From positions 297,017 to 361,016 of the forward strand of contig NMRA01000387.1 in NCBI GenBank assembly GCA_002633005.1: DNA of 64,000 nt, written 5' to 3'. Shown piece by piece: positions 36,601 through 49,532 of the stretch (position 1 is its first letter; every line of letters starts with the position of its first letter). The translations under genes were made by a program, and so were the position numbers. The notes under the pieces are model-generated. The model had not been told where the DNA came from, made no database searches, and worked only from the letters and a program-made list of their open reading frames with translations. The DNA comes from Phoronis australis. Its lineage: Eukaryota > Animalia > Phoronida.

Positions 36601-38892
36601 AATTTCCGACAGAAAAGTTTAGTTGAGAAGTAGAAACTCTTCTGAACAAAAGATTCTTTTTTCCAACTACTCAATCTCACAAAAGGACTTTTAATATTTT
36701 CTATGTTTTAACTACTTTGATTGCAAAGGATGTATCAACATACTCACATTTTCACACAAGGTGGCTCTTCTTGTATTGTTCCAGGTTTCAAATTCATCTG
36801 ACCAAGAATGGAATCATTAACACCTAGTAGCTAACGAGAAAAGGGGAACTTCTTGGAACTTCCCTACAAATGGATCCCTTTTTTCGAGTCCATTCTTTTA
36901 ATGAACTGGTACCCTAATATCACAGCTGCAACCCCAGTCAAAATATATACGAGTGCCATCCGGGTGATCTTTTACGGACCGCGAGAGACTGCTGTAGTAG
37001 CGTGCTAGATTATAACTTATTGCCGAGGATATCCGATTGAAACCGAAAAACGCTATAGATATTTAGTTTCGCAGTATGCATCGCAAGGAGCGTGGGTCGA
37101 TCCGGGCGGCATTGCCCATTTTTTGCTATGAACACAGCTTAGCGCTGATTTTCGCAGATTGCACGTCGCTATATGTTAGTGATCAGATGGTTGTCGAGCG
37201 ATTTTACAATGACTTTTGATATCGTCTTAGACGTATAAATTTTGCAAAATAATTGTGTGTTTTAGGGCTAATTTACGGTTGAAACGTACTGCTTTTTCGT
37301 CTATCGGTCGGTGCAACATCAGCTGCGTAGCGTTTGCGAAGTCTGTGTGAAGTCTGAATGCAATCTGACGACGACGCAAGGATCAGTTTATGTCCTTTTC
37401 AGGTGTTTGGTTGAAATAACGTTGAAATGTTGTCATTACTTTACGTTGGATAGTACTAATATGCGACCTAACCAAACAAGCCTAGAAATCACATCTAATT
37501 TGACCAAGGAAATTTTTGAGACCAATTTCGCAATGGTAAATAGTCTATATCAAAAGTTGTTTTTTGTGACGGTTTATATCTGTCTTAATTCCTTCTGTAA
37601 ACGTATTTGTAAACGGCAAATTACCTGCAATTTCCGTTTGTCCTGGACAAGGTTCACGTGGCGAGCACATTCTTACGGACAAAAGATATTCTCGAAGAGA
37701 GTGATCACATTTAAATAGTTCCATTCAGCACTTGGACCTCTGGCTCATATACATGTACGCAGATATAAAATGTCTATGAATGTGTAGTTAAAAAAAGAAA
37801 CATGAGCCTTATTGTTTGTGTTATACCATCCTGGAATGAGAAATACCTATGTCGTGTGTACGTACTAATGCATTGCAGAGAAACGACCTTTCAAAGAGAA
37901 ACCTCCGAAAGTGACCGTTACCTGATAAATTACTCAATTGGCGGCAATGCTTGCGCGCATTTGTGATCTTCAATTATTCATGGGCTAAACAATTTCCGGC
38001 ATGAATTCCGTAAAATTTGGGAGACAAAAAATGCGTTCTCGGGATTAATTTTGATTCCGAAAAAAATCCCCACAAATAAAAACACATGCATACGTATATG
38101 TGTACGTATAATATACATACGTAAACACTTCCCGTTTCCAAATTTTGTTTAATAAAAACATTTATTTTAAAACAGTTGGAGCACCCAGGATAAGTGCCCT
38201 GTAACCTTAAAATATAATTATTTCTGTTGTAGATTGGTCAAGATTACAAGGTTGTTACATTTTCATACGACTTTCTGGTTATCGGACTGAAAGAGTGTCT
38301 GATGTATCTTCTGATATTAGCTCGATGGGTTCTTCCCATTAAGCACCTGACTTATCAGGAGCTCTCAGACACACTGCTCTGTTATATTGGGATGGCTGCA
38401 GACCTAATGGAACTCATGGACTATTCCAACAATACAACAGCAATGAAGGATTCGAAGTTTGTCTACGCGTTGCTCATCATCTGGACGATCGGTCTTTTTC
38501 AGTTCTCCTTCGTGCTTACCCCAGCAGACGATCAGGAAAGGGAAGAGCAACAAATCTCTTGCCGCTTTATCGCCGAGCACGCCGAAGTGTTCTCAATAGT
38601 GTTGCAATTGCTTATGATGCACATCCCATTTGCCACCATCCGTATAGTTGCCATGGTTTTGTACAAGGGCGTGTCCTATTCCAGTGTCTTTTTTATGGTT
38701 AAAAACTTGGCGATGATTTTGTTGAGCATCAATCGGTTGCTTGCGCTGTTCTGCAAGTGCAGACCATGGAACAAGAAAAAGCCAAGAATGGTCGTGGAAA
38801 TGGAAGAAGATTATGCAGTCACCCCAGGAACTGAAGCGGAAATGGAGCTGGAATTCGAACCTGTCATGGGAAGACGGGAATCGACAATGTGA
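33658..38892 (+). CDS. TMEM26: Transmembrane protein 26-like, copy A (3 coding exons)
   Basis: Exons 33658-33866, 35775-35907, 38233-38892, in phase. TRALFVIY, PLWWL, GREWN/FCPSFFIFL..VTPQLWLIELHH, LLILARWVLPI, ELSDTLLCYIGMAADLME match TMEM26 family motifs (TRLLF, RYWLL, FSPAIFLYL..VPSLWLLELHH, GRWLLPI, QLSQLLLMFVGTAADILE). Confidence 0.9.
34107..35204 (+). mobile_element. DNA-transposon remnant with frameshifted THAP zinc finger (spans an N gap)
   Basis: KRCVSGGCSNS...VSVF / PEDTKVAQKWHRFV...LCSAHFEDSCF = C2CH THAP signature in two frames; short inverted ends catagaca...tgtctatg. Confidence 0.7.
34587..34931. other. Assembly gap
   Basis: N run. Confidence 1.
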
Positions 38893-39924
38893 ACTTTGAA
38901 ATAGAAAATGAAGCCTCAAATGGCAATCACAAGTCCACGCCACTTTCAGTTTCGTCTACATGTACTCACCGTAATATAACGGTCTCACCTTGTTCCATGA
39001 TTAGAAACAGTTTCTAGGCTTGCAAACAACTAACAGTTCGCCATCACAGTCTCATGAGGTTTGGTTGTCACGGTGGTTAGTCCAGCAGTCGGTAGAGGAA
39101 TTCCAAGGGTTTGTGATCACCGATTTAATTCCTTATCTCAAAATGCCAATGTGGTTCCAGGATCCGAAAAGGCTTACTAAGGTGGCACTGAATAGTTAGG
39201 CTGCGGCCGCGGCCAATTTGCACTCCCAAAATATAGAAATTTTGGGGTAGGCCAAGTTTGGGGGCATTTTGTAGGTGGGCATTGCACGTAGGCTCAGTGA
39301 ATGTGGTTTGTTTGTATTTGTGAACATGCTGTGAATAAAAAAAGGCCACTTTCTTGGCTGTAGCTGCACTCTTCTTCAAGATGGCGGCCCCCAGCTGCAA
39401 TTGTGCATTGTTGGGTAGCGACCGAGAAATTGGCTGTGATTTTAGGTAGCCCTCAAACAAGCAAGAATTGCAAAAAAACTAGTTGGTTGACAGTACTTTT
39501 GGACCACATTTTCTGAATCGGTAGGAAATTTGCTTTCAGACTCTAAGTTTGGTTTTAGTCGTGCATCGGCAGGGAAGTGGTGTTTTTCGGGTGAAAAGTG
39601 CCGATTTTGCATTTTTTTGCCCTTATTTTTCTTAGTCTAGCTTGGTTGTCAGTGGGAATGAAATGGTCAAAAATACAAGAAAGAATAAAGTTTCTGTGCT
39701 CATCTGCTGGGCTTTTTATGTGAAATAATTGAAAACATGCCATTCTTTGCATCCTGTTTTTGACAGAGTGAAGAAAAGGTTACAAATCAAGTGATGTGTG
39801 TTTTGCTAGGCAAAACCCAGTGAGAACTGTTCTGTGCCTCCTAAATGAAATCTTATTTTCGATACCTTTTCGTTATATTATCTTCACCTTTCGTCCCAAA
39901 AGCGATTTTTAAGAGTATTTGACC

Positions 39925-40302
39925 CATAGATATCACATAGACCGGGGGCGCGCCACACAGATACATGCAGTTCGCGTTGTCAATATGACGCCATATTGGA
40001 GAGTGCTACACAGGACAAAAATGGCGGCAAACACGGGGAGCCCTACGGCATCAGTCAGGAAATGCGGAGGCTCGCAGTGTTATGCCTGCAGCCAAAGAGT
40101 TAAGTTTTTTGGTCCTGCAATTGAGTCATGAGTTTTTTGGTTCGGCCATGGAGTTTAATGGTGTTGCAACTAGGTTTTTATGTTCTGCCACCATAGTTTA
40201 AGCGGAGCAACTATATGCGTTGTTTCCACCTCAGTCTTGGTGATTGAGACCACATATGATCAATTGAAAAGATAATTATTGACCAGCGTATGCTGTTATC
40301 CA
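39925..40302 (+). mobile_element. Dispersed repeat with CATAGA start, copy 2
   Basis: Shared ...ggagagtgctacacaggacaaaaatggcgg... Confidence 0.75.
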
Positions 40303-41288
40303 TTGGTGATGCTGCTTGCTAATTATGCTTAAGTAAATATTTAGTATTTTAATACTAAATACATATGATTGTCATTAAAATGACAATCATATGTATTTTT
40401 ACTTGTACTGAAAAATAACATCCCCGAATTTACTCGCCACCAGGGCATCGAAATCAGTGCATTTAAGTGAATAGTGTATTCTCTATTGAAATATATACTG
40501 CTTTAAGAACTTATTTCTTAATACATATACTAAAATCCGATGTTTTATGTTGTATCAAAGCAAATAAATCCCTGAAAAATATGTACATATGTTGAAGTTG
40601 ATATTGGATTTTTTTAGATTTGCACTGCTTGCTTACGAGCTCTCTGTTTTGTGACGAAACTTGCGCGAAAAGTAAAGTGCATAGTAACCAAAATATCAAA
40701 CCCGCACGACTGAATTGCGCATCCAATCTTTACCCAAAATCCACAATTTCCCACTCATAACCGAATGGAAATATACCCAACCGAGCCGATATAGCATTAA
40801 TTATGACCCCGTGAAAAATGACCCCGGTTAGTTTTTTCACAGGTGAAGAATTTTTAACCCATGAAAAAACGACCGTGATTCGTTTGTATATGTAGTTAGT
40901 GGTCGTTGAATTTTTTGGAATGTTACGCGTACTTTTGTTTATTATGTTAAAATAGCATTGTTGTTTAGTTCCTGTTATGTTGGGCGGTCAAACCTAGGAA
41001 CCAATATGAGTCGAATCAATTTTTTTTCGTTTCGATTTTTTTTTCGTTTTGAAAAAATACTTTGCTATCATCGAAAAGGTAGTGCATTCTACTCAGTAAA
41101 AATCGAAAAAGTATCAAAATCAGGGCAAGCAGAGTAAAATTATTTCAATTTTTGTGGCGAAATTTATGTCACTTTATTTGGATCGCGTCGCCCATATTGG
41201 AGGACAGTGGGATAAGTTACGAGTTTAAAACTTTGTGTAAAGCTCGCTCTCCCTTGGGTGGGCGGATGCATCCTTCTGCTGCATCTGT

Positions 41289-41963
41289 GGCAGATTGTCA
41301 CCCACCTTTACAGTGCAACATGTTATGTAACTTTTGTAATTACTGATATCTGTAGTAGTTTAGTTTGTTATAATATATATGACCTTTTATCTCAACTACA
41401 CGTGTTGTTTCACTGTAAACTAGCTTCGGTATCGCTTCGCAGTTAGCGCATATAAAAATTATTTAAGTATTAAATTATGTTATGTAAGCTATACTGCCTC
41501 CTCCTCATAATCATATTGTTTGGATTCTCAGGTCAGTGACCCTCTTTGTTTTACGATTATTGGTTCAATTGTACCACGTGATCTCTTTGTCTTGTCGCAA
41601 CACTGGGCCATCGTCCACAATTCTCTCCAACTTTCATTTTTCACTCAGTTTCTCTTTCCCTCCCTCCCTCAAACCAATTTTCATTCTTTCCCTGTTATCC
41701 TCAAATTTCACATGTCGCTGACCTGGTGTTGCTGTTATTCTTCCGCATATTGTTTCTTAACTTACTATTCACCACTTGCGTATACCTTCATTGGAGGCAG
41801 ATTGTCACCCACCTTTACAGTGCAACATGTTATATAACTTTTGTAATTACTGATATCTGTAGTAGTTTAGTTTGTCATAATATATATGACCTTTTATCTT
41901 AACTACACGTGTTGTTTCACTGTAAACTAGATTCGGTATCGCTTCGCAGTTAGCGCATATAAA
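41289..41963 (+). repeat. ~167-bp direct repeat pair (41289-41455; 41796-41963)
   Basis: ggcagattgtcacccacctttacagtgcaac...cgcagttagcgcatataaa, twice. Confidence 0.85.
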
Positions 41964-44900
41964 TTGTTTTCGCCAACAATTTACGGTGAAATTTAATTAG
42001 ACATTTATTTACTTACTATTCTGCACGAGTCATCAGTTTTCACCAAATTTCATCTTAATTTGAGAAATAAGCTATGTTGTATTGTGAAGCTTCAAGCCTC
42101 CAATTCTTGTTCCTTGCAACTTCATATTTTTTATATCTTGCTTGTCAAATTCTGGTGTGAGGAAACACTATTCGGTCACCATGGTAATAGTTACATGTTT
42201 GTGTCCACTTTCATATCATGGAAACTTGTGCTGTTGGATAGTGTTTGTAATGCTTAAATGTATTGTGCATTTTAAGTTACTTATTATGGTAAAAGGTTGA
42301 ATAATTTTGGCTTAATGAAAAAAATGATAACATTTTGTATTGGACTTGTCATACTTATGAGCTCGAACGAGCCCACTATTTGGAAAAATGGAAAAAGGTC
42401 TGCCTCAGTCAGAGAAGCACGAACTCCGAAAAAGGTAGAAAATGAGACAAAAGTCCACTAGAAGACGGGAAGTACCAAACTTTAGCCTCTGTAATTCATA
42501 GCTCTGAACATACCCAGTGAATCTTATAGTAAAAGGTAGACATCCCCAAAAATTCCACCCCCTTCCCCCCATTTTTTTAGGCTTGGTGCGCTCATGCAAA
42601 GTTTGGGCAAATCTCTGTTGAAAGCCAACAACTTAGCACAGTTCGCCAGCAGACCCCAAGTTCTAAACAAACCTCGTTTGAGCGTGCGCTGTGGCCAGGG
42701 ACCAGGTAGGCCTAAGGGTAGCCTTGGCGCAAAGCTGCATAGGCCTACTAACAACTGACCTGCATTTTGACGATACTGGTAGCTGGCACTGAGGCTAGCT
42801 AGGGGTCCAGCGGCAGTGTGAACCAGCCCGTAATTTTATGCAAGTGTCTGAAACTATATGGCATTTATGATTTGAACATTTTACTTCGACAAAACAGCTT
42901 GCAACCGCATGCCTTTACCGTTCGCTAGTGTCTGGTCTCGATCCGCACCGGGTCCGATAGGCTGCGGTCCCTAGTCCGGCAAAATAATTTCTGTCAAAAT
43001 TTAGTCACCACATTTCTAAAGCAAATTCGATAAAATTGTCCGTATTTTGATTTTATTACAATTAAGGCGCGCTGTCGCTTATTTTATCCCCGTTTCCAGG
43101 CTGGTAACAGGCACTGCTCCAGTCGCACTGACGGCGTTTTCTTAGCCTGGGTTCCTGAATGAATTATACTTCTGGTGTCGTGTCCAATGGCGGCACTGAA
43201 CAGTTAGACTGCGGCCGCGGCCAATTTGCACTCCCAAAATTACTTGGGTATTACTTGGGTGCAGAACCAGCGTCGTCACACTCGGGGCAGACCCATAGAT
43301 GCTCGGCTTTCCACGTCATCAAGTCAGACAAGTTCCTTTGACTAACCACTCCAACCAACTGCTGATTGCACAGTCGTGCCTCCAATATTGCATCTTGTCC
43401 AAAAATGCATCCAGGTTGTGGTTTGCGCATGTGTTCGTTTTCATTTCTCTGGCTTCCGGTTCTACGCAATTTTGCATCCAAGTTGTCCGTTGGTTATTCG
43501 ACTTTTTATAACAGTATCATTTGTTCCCCGTATATTGTTTATTTTGGAAAAACGAGATAAAGGGCAATGTCATTGATGTGTGTGAGTACCTTTCAACGAG
43601 TGTTGAGCTTCATTTACTGATTTTTAAATGTAAGAGATTTTGTTGGCTGGCACTGGCAGGGAAGCCTATATGAGCTCATCCGCGGGTTCTGATCGTCTCT
43701 AAAAGACTGTAATACACTATATACTGCAAGGTATGACACTTGGGACTACGAATTACGCGGGTTCTTCACTTTAGCCGTGAGCTTAGACCCTGACCACCGT
43801 CTCTAACTGACAAGAGACGGTGTACCTCCTGAGCATCTTACGACAGACTGACTAAAGGCAAAGCATCAAAGTGACGTTGTTGTAAAAACCTTTCAAGGTT
43901 TTTGCTCATAGTGGGAAACCTTAGCCACTTTCGTCTGCTTCATCAGATAGGCGGCCGCAATATTGTGCAATAACACACCTGTCCAATAATGCATCCACAG
44001 CCACTTCCAGCTGCTTTATCATATGGACGAATGTAATATTGTGCAATAACACACCTGTCCAATAGAATTGGACGGATGCACATACCCAAAACTCATCCAT
44101 TTATTATTGGTTTTCATTTTACACGACACAGGCTTCACCTGTTTGTACAATGATGTTGAACGTCCAACAAACGCAGTTTTCTGCCTCCAATCACCTAGTT
44201 TACTACTACTAATAAATGATAATAGGTACTGAACACAACAGTTCAGTTCTAACTTTGATAGTAATATTGAAGTTCAGGGTTAACAAATTTCATCTGAAAA
44301 AAGGATGAGAGGTGATATGTCTAACTGTAGTTCAACTTCAATTTAAACATTTTATTTTCAGATTGCAGAGACCTCAAGTGCAATGCACAAAAGATATCGA
44401 AAATGTAGACACTGGGTGCTGTGGTGCTGACGGGGTTGGTAAATGCCAAGTGTCCAACTAAGTGCATGGTCTATAGCTGTTTGGAAAGTGATGGGGTGCA
44501 ATTTTCTTTTTGGTTGATTTTTTCAAAAACAACATATATGACATTTTCAACAAAGGCATTTCTTAATCGTTAACCTTACGTGTTGGCAAGTCATTGTGTG
44601 TGGATGCGTTTGTAATAAAAAAAAAGATAGTCAGCTTTGCTACTGATGCGGGCGTGCGCTTTTCTTGTTCCTGTATGAACATCGATAAGAAAACACTGAA
44701 ATATTCGCCTGTTGTCTGCTAAAATAGTGCGGCGATGCGGCTTTTACTATTTTGCATTAACAGAGAAGCGCAAGGTTCAAAATGATGCAGGCGTGGACCA
44801 CAACCATTTTTTTAAGTTTTCTGGGTATCTTTAAGTCATGCAGAGAGCGCAGACCAGAACCAATATAATTTGCGACGTTTTACTGTTAAGTTCTTGAAAA

Positions 44901-46937
44901 GACCTAGATGCCACGAATTGCCTTAACACGAAATTGCAATCACTCTGATAGGAAATTTAACAATGTCAATCTGAAATAATCCGACTTGGAGATTTTAGGA
45001 ATCAGAGTTTCATTTCTTGTAATGAATGACTTGAGCAGAAGTTACGAATTAGCTAGTACATTTCTTCTCAAAGTGAAAACTGTTACTACGTTATCATTTT
45101 AAGGTCCCTGAAAAAGACTGAAAACAGCAACAAGACGATTGCTTACGTTTCATAAGTTACCAATACCAAGAAATTTTCGGATTTCGACATTGGAACCTAT
45201 ATAGTTGTTTCGTTGACTACTACGAAAAAGTCGCAAACCCATACAAACGTGAAGTTGTAATAAACACCCTACTTAAGTCGTACTAAATATCCAATTTTGG
45301 AAGCAGTCGTTATTTTTCATATGTCCTGTTTTGCAGAAAATGAACACTTATTTCCTAAAAGCTACAACAACTGCCTGGGGCAAGTATCCCGCAAAAAAGG
45401 CAACTGAAGAGAATGAGACGAGAACATTCTGCGATAAATATATCTTCTTCAAATAATAATTACAAAGGAATGAACACATTATGTACTAGTGACATCAGAA
45501 AATGTTGAAAATTGTTGATTAGTACAAAAACATGTTCTTTAATGTGGTACAAAACTTGTTCTTAACATTAATTGCAAGTCAGGAAGCAACAACTTTCAAT
45601 AAAAAAATACAAGGGCGATTGGATAGCCTCCTCGGATAACAAATGCTAGTATATTCGGAAACAAAATAAATTCGAAACCGACTTGAAAATGTACAATTTG
45701 GGTACATCCACGATAATAATAATACCAGGATGTTGGAGATTAGACAGGATGATTTGAACCAATTATCTATTGTTAACTACACACCTACTACATCAACAGG
45801 CTTTTGGAGATTAGACAGGATGATTTGAACAGATTATCTGCTGTTAACTACAGGCTTAATACCTCACCTCAATAGACAGGATGTATCTTAGACCAGATGT
45901 GTCCTCAGCATGACACATAATTAAAACAGAGGCAAAGGGATGTTACCTTATGGTGTCTTTTAAGAAGCCACATAAAAACATTTATGGTATCATTGTTTAC
46001 TACAAAGACAATATGATGCCCAAGACAGACTAAGCCCCCAGATTGCAAGAAATTGCAAAATTAAATAATTTTTATTCAAAGCTACTAGTAGACACATTCA
46101 TAACTAAATTATGTACAAATTAAAACTGCAAACTTGAGCAGTGCTCAACATGACCATCAAATATACATAAAACAAAACTCAAGCCCAGGTCAATCAAAGC
46201 ACATAAAAGTGGTTTAATTTTATGCAAGAATTTTAAACTTGTAGGTTAACCCTGACGTAAAGGCTGCTGCAAATTGAATACTATGATTACATGAACACGT
46301 TGTGGAGAAATGATTTGTTGAACTTCCAATCAATTAGAACCCAAGCCAACTACCAAGCCAACACATACCCTGTGTTATTACGTAACATAGCTGATTAAAA
46401 TCATTTTCACTGACTAAATAGCAGGTAATATCGAGTCATTTTACATAAATTTGTGATTGATTTAATCAATGCATTGCCAAATTTTCGAAACACTTATGAA
46501 ATTTGTTTTGAGTACGAGTTGACTTGGGTACGTGTTTACTTGAATTCGAAGCAACCTGTTTCATAATTTGATCGGCAGCTTTCAAGTCCGTTTGCACCTA
46601 AGCCAAGTCGACTACCATTCAACCTATTAGTATTTTTTTCAATAATACCAATCGAATTAGCGGAACCTTTCGATTACGATCTAGCAAAACAACATAAAAA
46701 CTGAAAGTGATTTCCGAGTTTGCAAAGGACTGGCTGACTGTGTCATTACTTGAGACCATGCTCGGACATAAACAGCGATACAATGGAACATAGCCTGGTT
46801 ATCTCTTCCTGACGTATATCTAGGGCACTTTGTACTTCGTATACATGTATCCAAAGTAAACTCGTACTCTTACTCGTACAGACTACACTATCGATTGTTG
46901 TTTCACGTCGCTTTGCGCAACTTGCGATGTACAGATC

Positions 46938-47845
46938 AGTGGCGGATCTGGGATATTACAAGGGGGTCCAACATTTTGTCCGTAAACATTTGCTCAAAGC
47001 ACAATTGTAGATGCGCATAGCACCGAATGGGGGGAGGTTGGGTTTGCCCCCCTCCCACCCAGGAAATGTTTGTTTTTCCTCTAAAAATCAAGCATTTTCC
47101 TTGATTCCCGAAGTATTATCCAAGAAAAAAAGGCAAAAAAAAAACACGGAGAAAGTGTCAAACAGGGAAAACTCGCTGGTTCCCTGCGTGCCGCTAGGTG
47201 GGGGCGGTAGCCGCACCAGCACGCAGGTATCACTTATTTTCCTCGGTAATTTTTTGATTGGCTAGTCGAATTCTCAACAGGCAGCGCTTTACGCAAACAA
47301 ACTGGCATGACTGATGGACTGAAGTGTAAATGTGGTCTGTTGTACAGACAAATCGGTGCTTAAAATTTATGTTCAGGAAATGTGAAGCCTAGAAATTGTG
47401 ATTGCGCCTTTTCGGAATGCATCTTTCTACTGTCGATGACTTTTGTTTACGATAGTGTCATGTATTCACCCAGTATGAATAACACACTGGTTAAATCGGC
47501 CAGATGTGCCTTTATTGTACACGTACATGTATGTGCTTGAAGCACGCGGCTATTAAACATCAGTACAGATACGAAATAGTTGCTGCGACGCCACTTGCAT
47601 GACAAGGCTAAAAATCATTCACATTCTGCCATTTTTTCACCCGGTGTTGTAACGCTAATCAATGACTGCCGAGGTTACATCGACCAATGCTAAAGCGCGT
47701 GCCACTGCGTGATACCTGCGTGCCGGCTGGGCTAAGCACGCAGGGAACCAGCGAGACAAGAAAAGCTTCAAGTATCACAGACTCGAACTCACAACCTGGT
47801 GGATAAAGCGCGCCTGCTTTACTACTGCATCACCACGATTTAACC
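46938..47845 (-). mobile_element. Second copy of the tRNA-derived SINE-like repeat, split by the 47172-47755 MITE
   Basis: Reverse complement matches 56307-56635 on both sides of the nested MITE. Confidence 0.6.
47172..47755. mobile_element. 584-bp MITE of the same family, with 19-bp perfect TIRs
   Basis: ctcgctggttccctgcgtg ... cacgcagggaaccagcgag; subterminal IR gcacgcaggtatcac; degenerate 10-bp TSD acagggaaaa/acaagaaaag. Confidence 0.85.
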
Positions 47846-48314
47846 CCTAACTNAAACCCGCCTATGGATAAAGAACTGAATGGATAAATAAGTAAAAACA
47901 AAACACCACGGGTTTTAGAATTCAAAATGACAAACATGGAAAGAGATTTCTTTTCCTGTACAATTATAATGTAGAGAATTCGTCGCTCAAGCGTCTGGTA
48001 GGTGTCCAAAGCTGTAGTCATTTCCAGAAAGTCACAGAATATACATGATTTGTTTAAAGGGATAAACAGCACTTCAACTTCACCAAACATCTAAGCCCAC
48101 ATTTGGGATGTGCATTTTCAAAATGTACAAAATCTCATATCGTTAACGTTGCTCAAGCCACTGATCAGTTTTGATCAGCTGTTCTCCACTGTCCCGTTAG
48201 AATCTCAATGCAATGCGTATTATTTGAAATAAAAGTCATGCTTGCTTCCCAATTTCAATGCGTCTATTGGCACGAGTCTTGCAATAACGGCTCGTCAGTG
48301 AAAGTTTTTATGGG

Positions 48315-49532
48315 TCAATATTCAGGGAGCGTGCTCCTAAAATTATTTCCGCGACGGCAATCAAAAATTTACAAATCAACATGCTAAAAATTTTGATTTT
48401 AAGTAATTGACGGCTCAAAGCTCTCCAAAGAGACAGTTCAATATTTCTCACCTGTTAAATTTACACGATGTCGACCGCAACACAATTCTTGCAGAGACCC
48501 AGCAGTCATTATAGTGACGTCCACCAAGGTAAGGACCACGTTTCAAAAATTTTGTGTTTGTTTGGCAATTGTTGCAGAACGAAATTTTGAATCGGACCTT
48601 GCCACGTTGATTGACGTCAAGTTTTTCAGTGTCGTCTCCATCTATGTCGTCGTCATCCACAGCATTTTCCACGTTCCTCTCATAATCCTGTATGTCGTCG
48701 TCGTCGTCATCGTCATCGACAGCGTGTTCGGCGTCTCTTGGTACCTCCTCCACTGCATTGCCGTCGTCTTCTTGTAATGCAATGATCGGTTGACCTTCAG
48801 CGTCGACTGCGCACATGTGAACAACGAGCAGCAGACTTAAGGCGAAAAACATCGCCAACTGGAAATATACCGGGAATTTATGACTGTAAGCCGCAGGGCA
48901 TATATTCGGAATATTGCATATTCTTACCTTTCTAGGTCACATGTAAGCAAGGAGTTTACTATAGTACCGGTACTGTATGTAGTATTGTACTACACTCCTT
49001 GATATAAGCTCGAACTTAATTTCGGAAACAGGCGGCCTATAAACGAATAATGTGTGAACCACCATCGACATAATTATGAGAACCACTATGAATAGTTATT
49101 TGAGAGTTGGTAGTAAAATGCTACATGGAAAGCCCTGCACAATCCGTATGAAAATTTAACTGAGGCTCATATGTAGATTTCCGAGTTAACGCCCAATGGA
49201 TGTACATTCGGGGATTGTTTGGTTGAAATTCCTAGTAGGAATGTTCAAAGTATGACCCCATGCGCTTTCTGAGCTACACAAATCTGGAACTTAGATAGTC
49301 TAAGATAAAACAAGTTTGAGACGGTTCAACACGCTAGATTATCACTTACGAGCACCACCTGGACATAATGTAATGGATGAAGGCTACTGATAACTATTGC
49401 TCCAAATACAAAATGAAAACAAAATTCATTAATAAAATACGCATGTGTAGCTACAAATGAAGACACACATTTGGTTGGTGTTCTGAAAATGAAGAAGCCT
49501 CAGTTAGAGCACACTTCTGTTACCTGCTTCAT
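48315..49532 (-). CDS. Uncharacterised secreted pre-pro-protein, copy 2
   Basis: Exons 49532-49524, 48858-48452, 48336-48315: MKQLAMFFALSLLLVVHMCAVDA-EGQ...QRGKVRFKISFCNNCQTNTKFLKRGPYLGGRHYNDCWVSARIVLRSTSCKFNR|STLPEY*. Last exon inferred. Confidence 0.75.

Larger units (their letters stand above)
27960..39126 (+). repeat. Segmental duplication unit 1 (peptide gene + TMEM26 A)
   Basis: Colinear with ~47868-60501 through coding, intronic and intergenic sequence, interrupted by copy-specific insertions. Confidence 0.9.
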
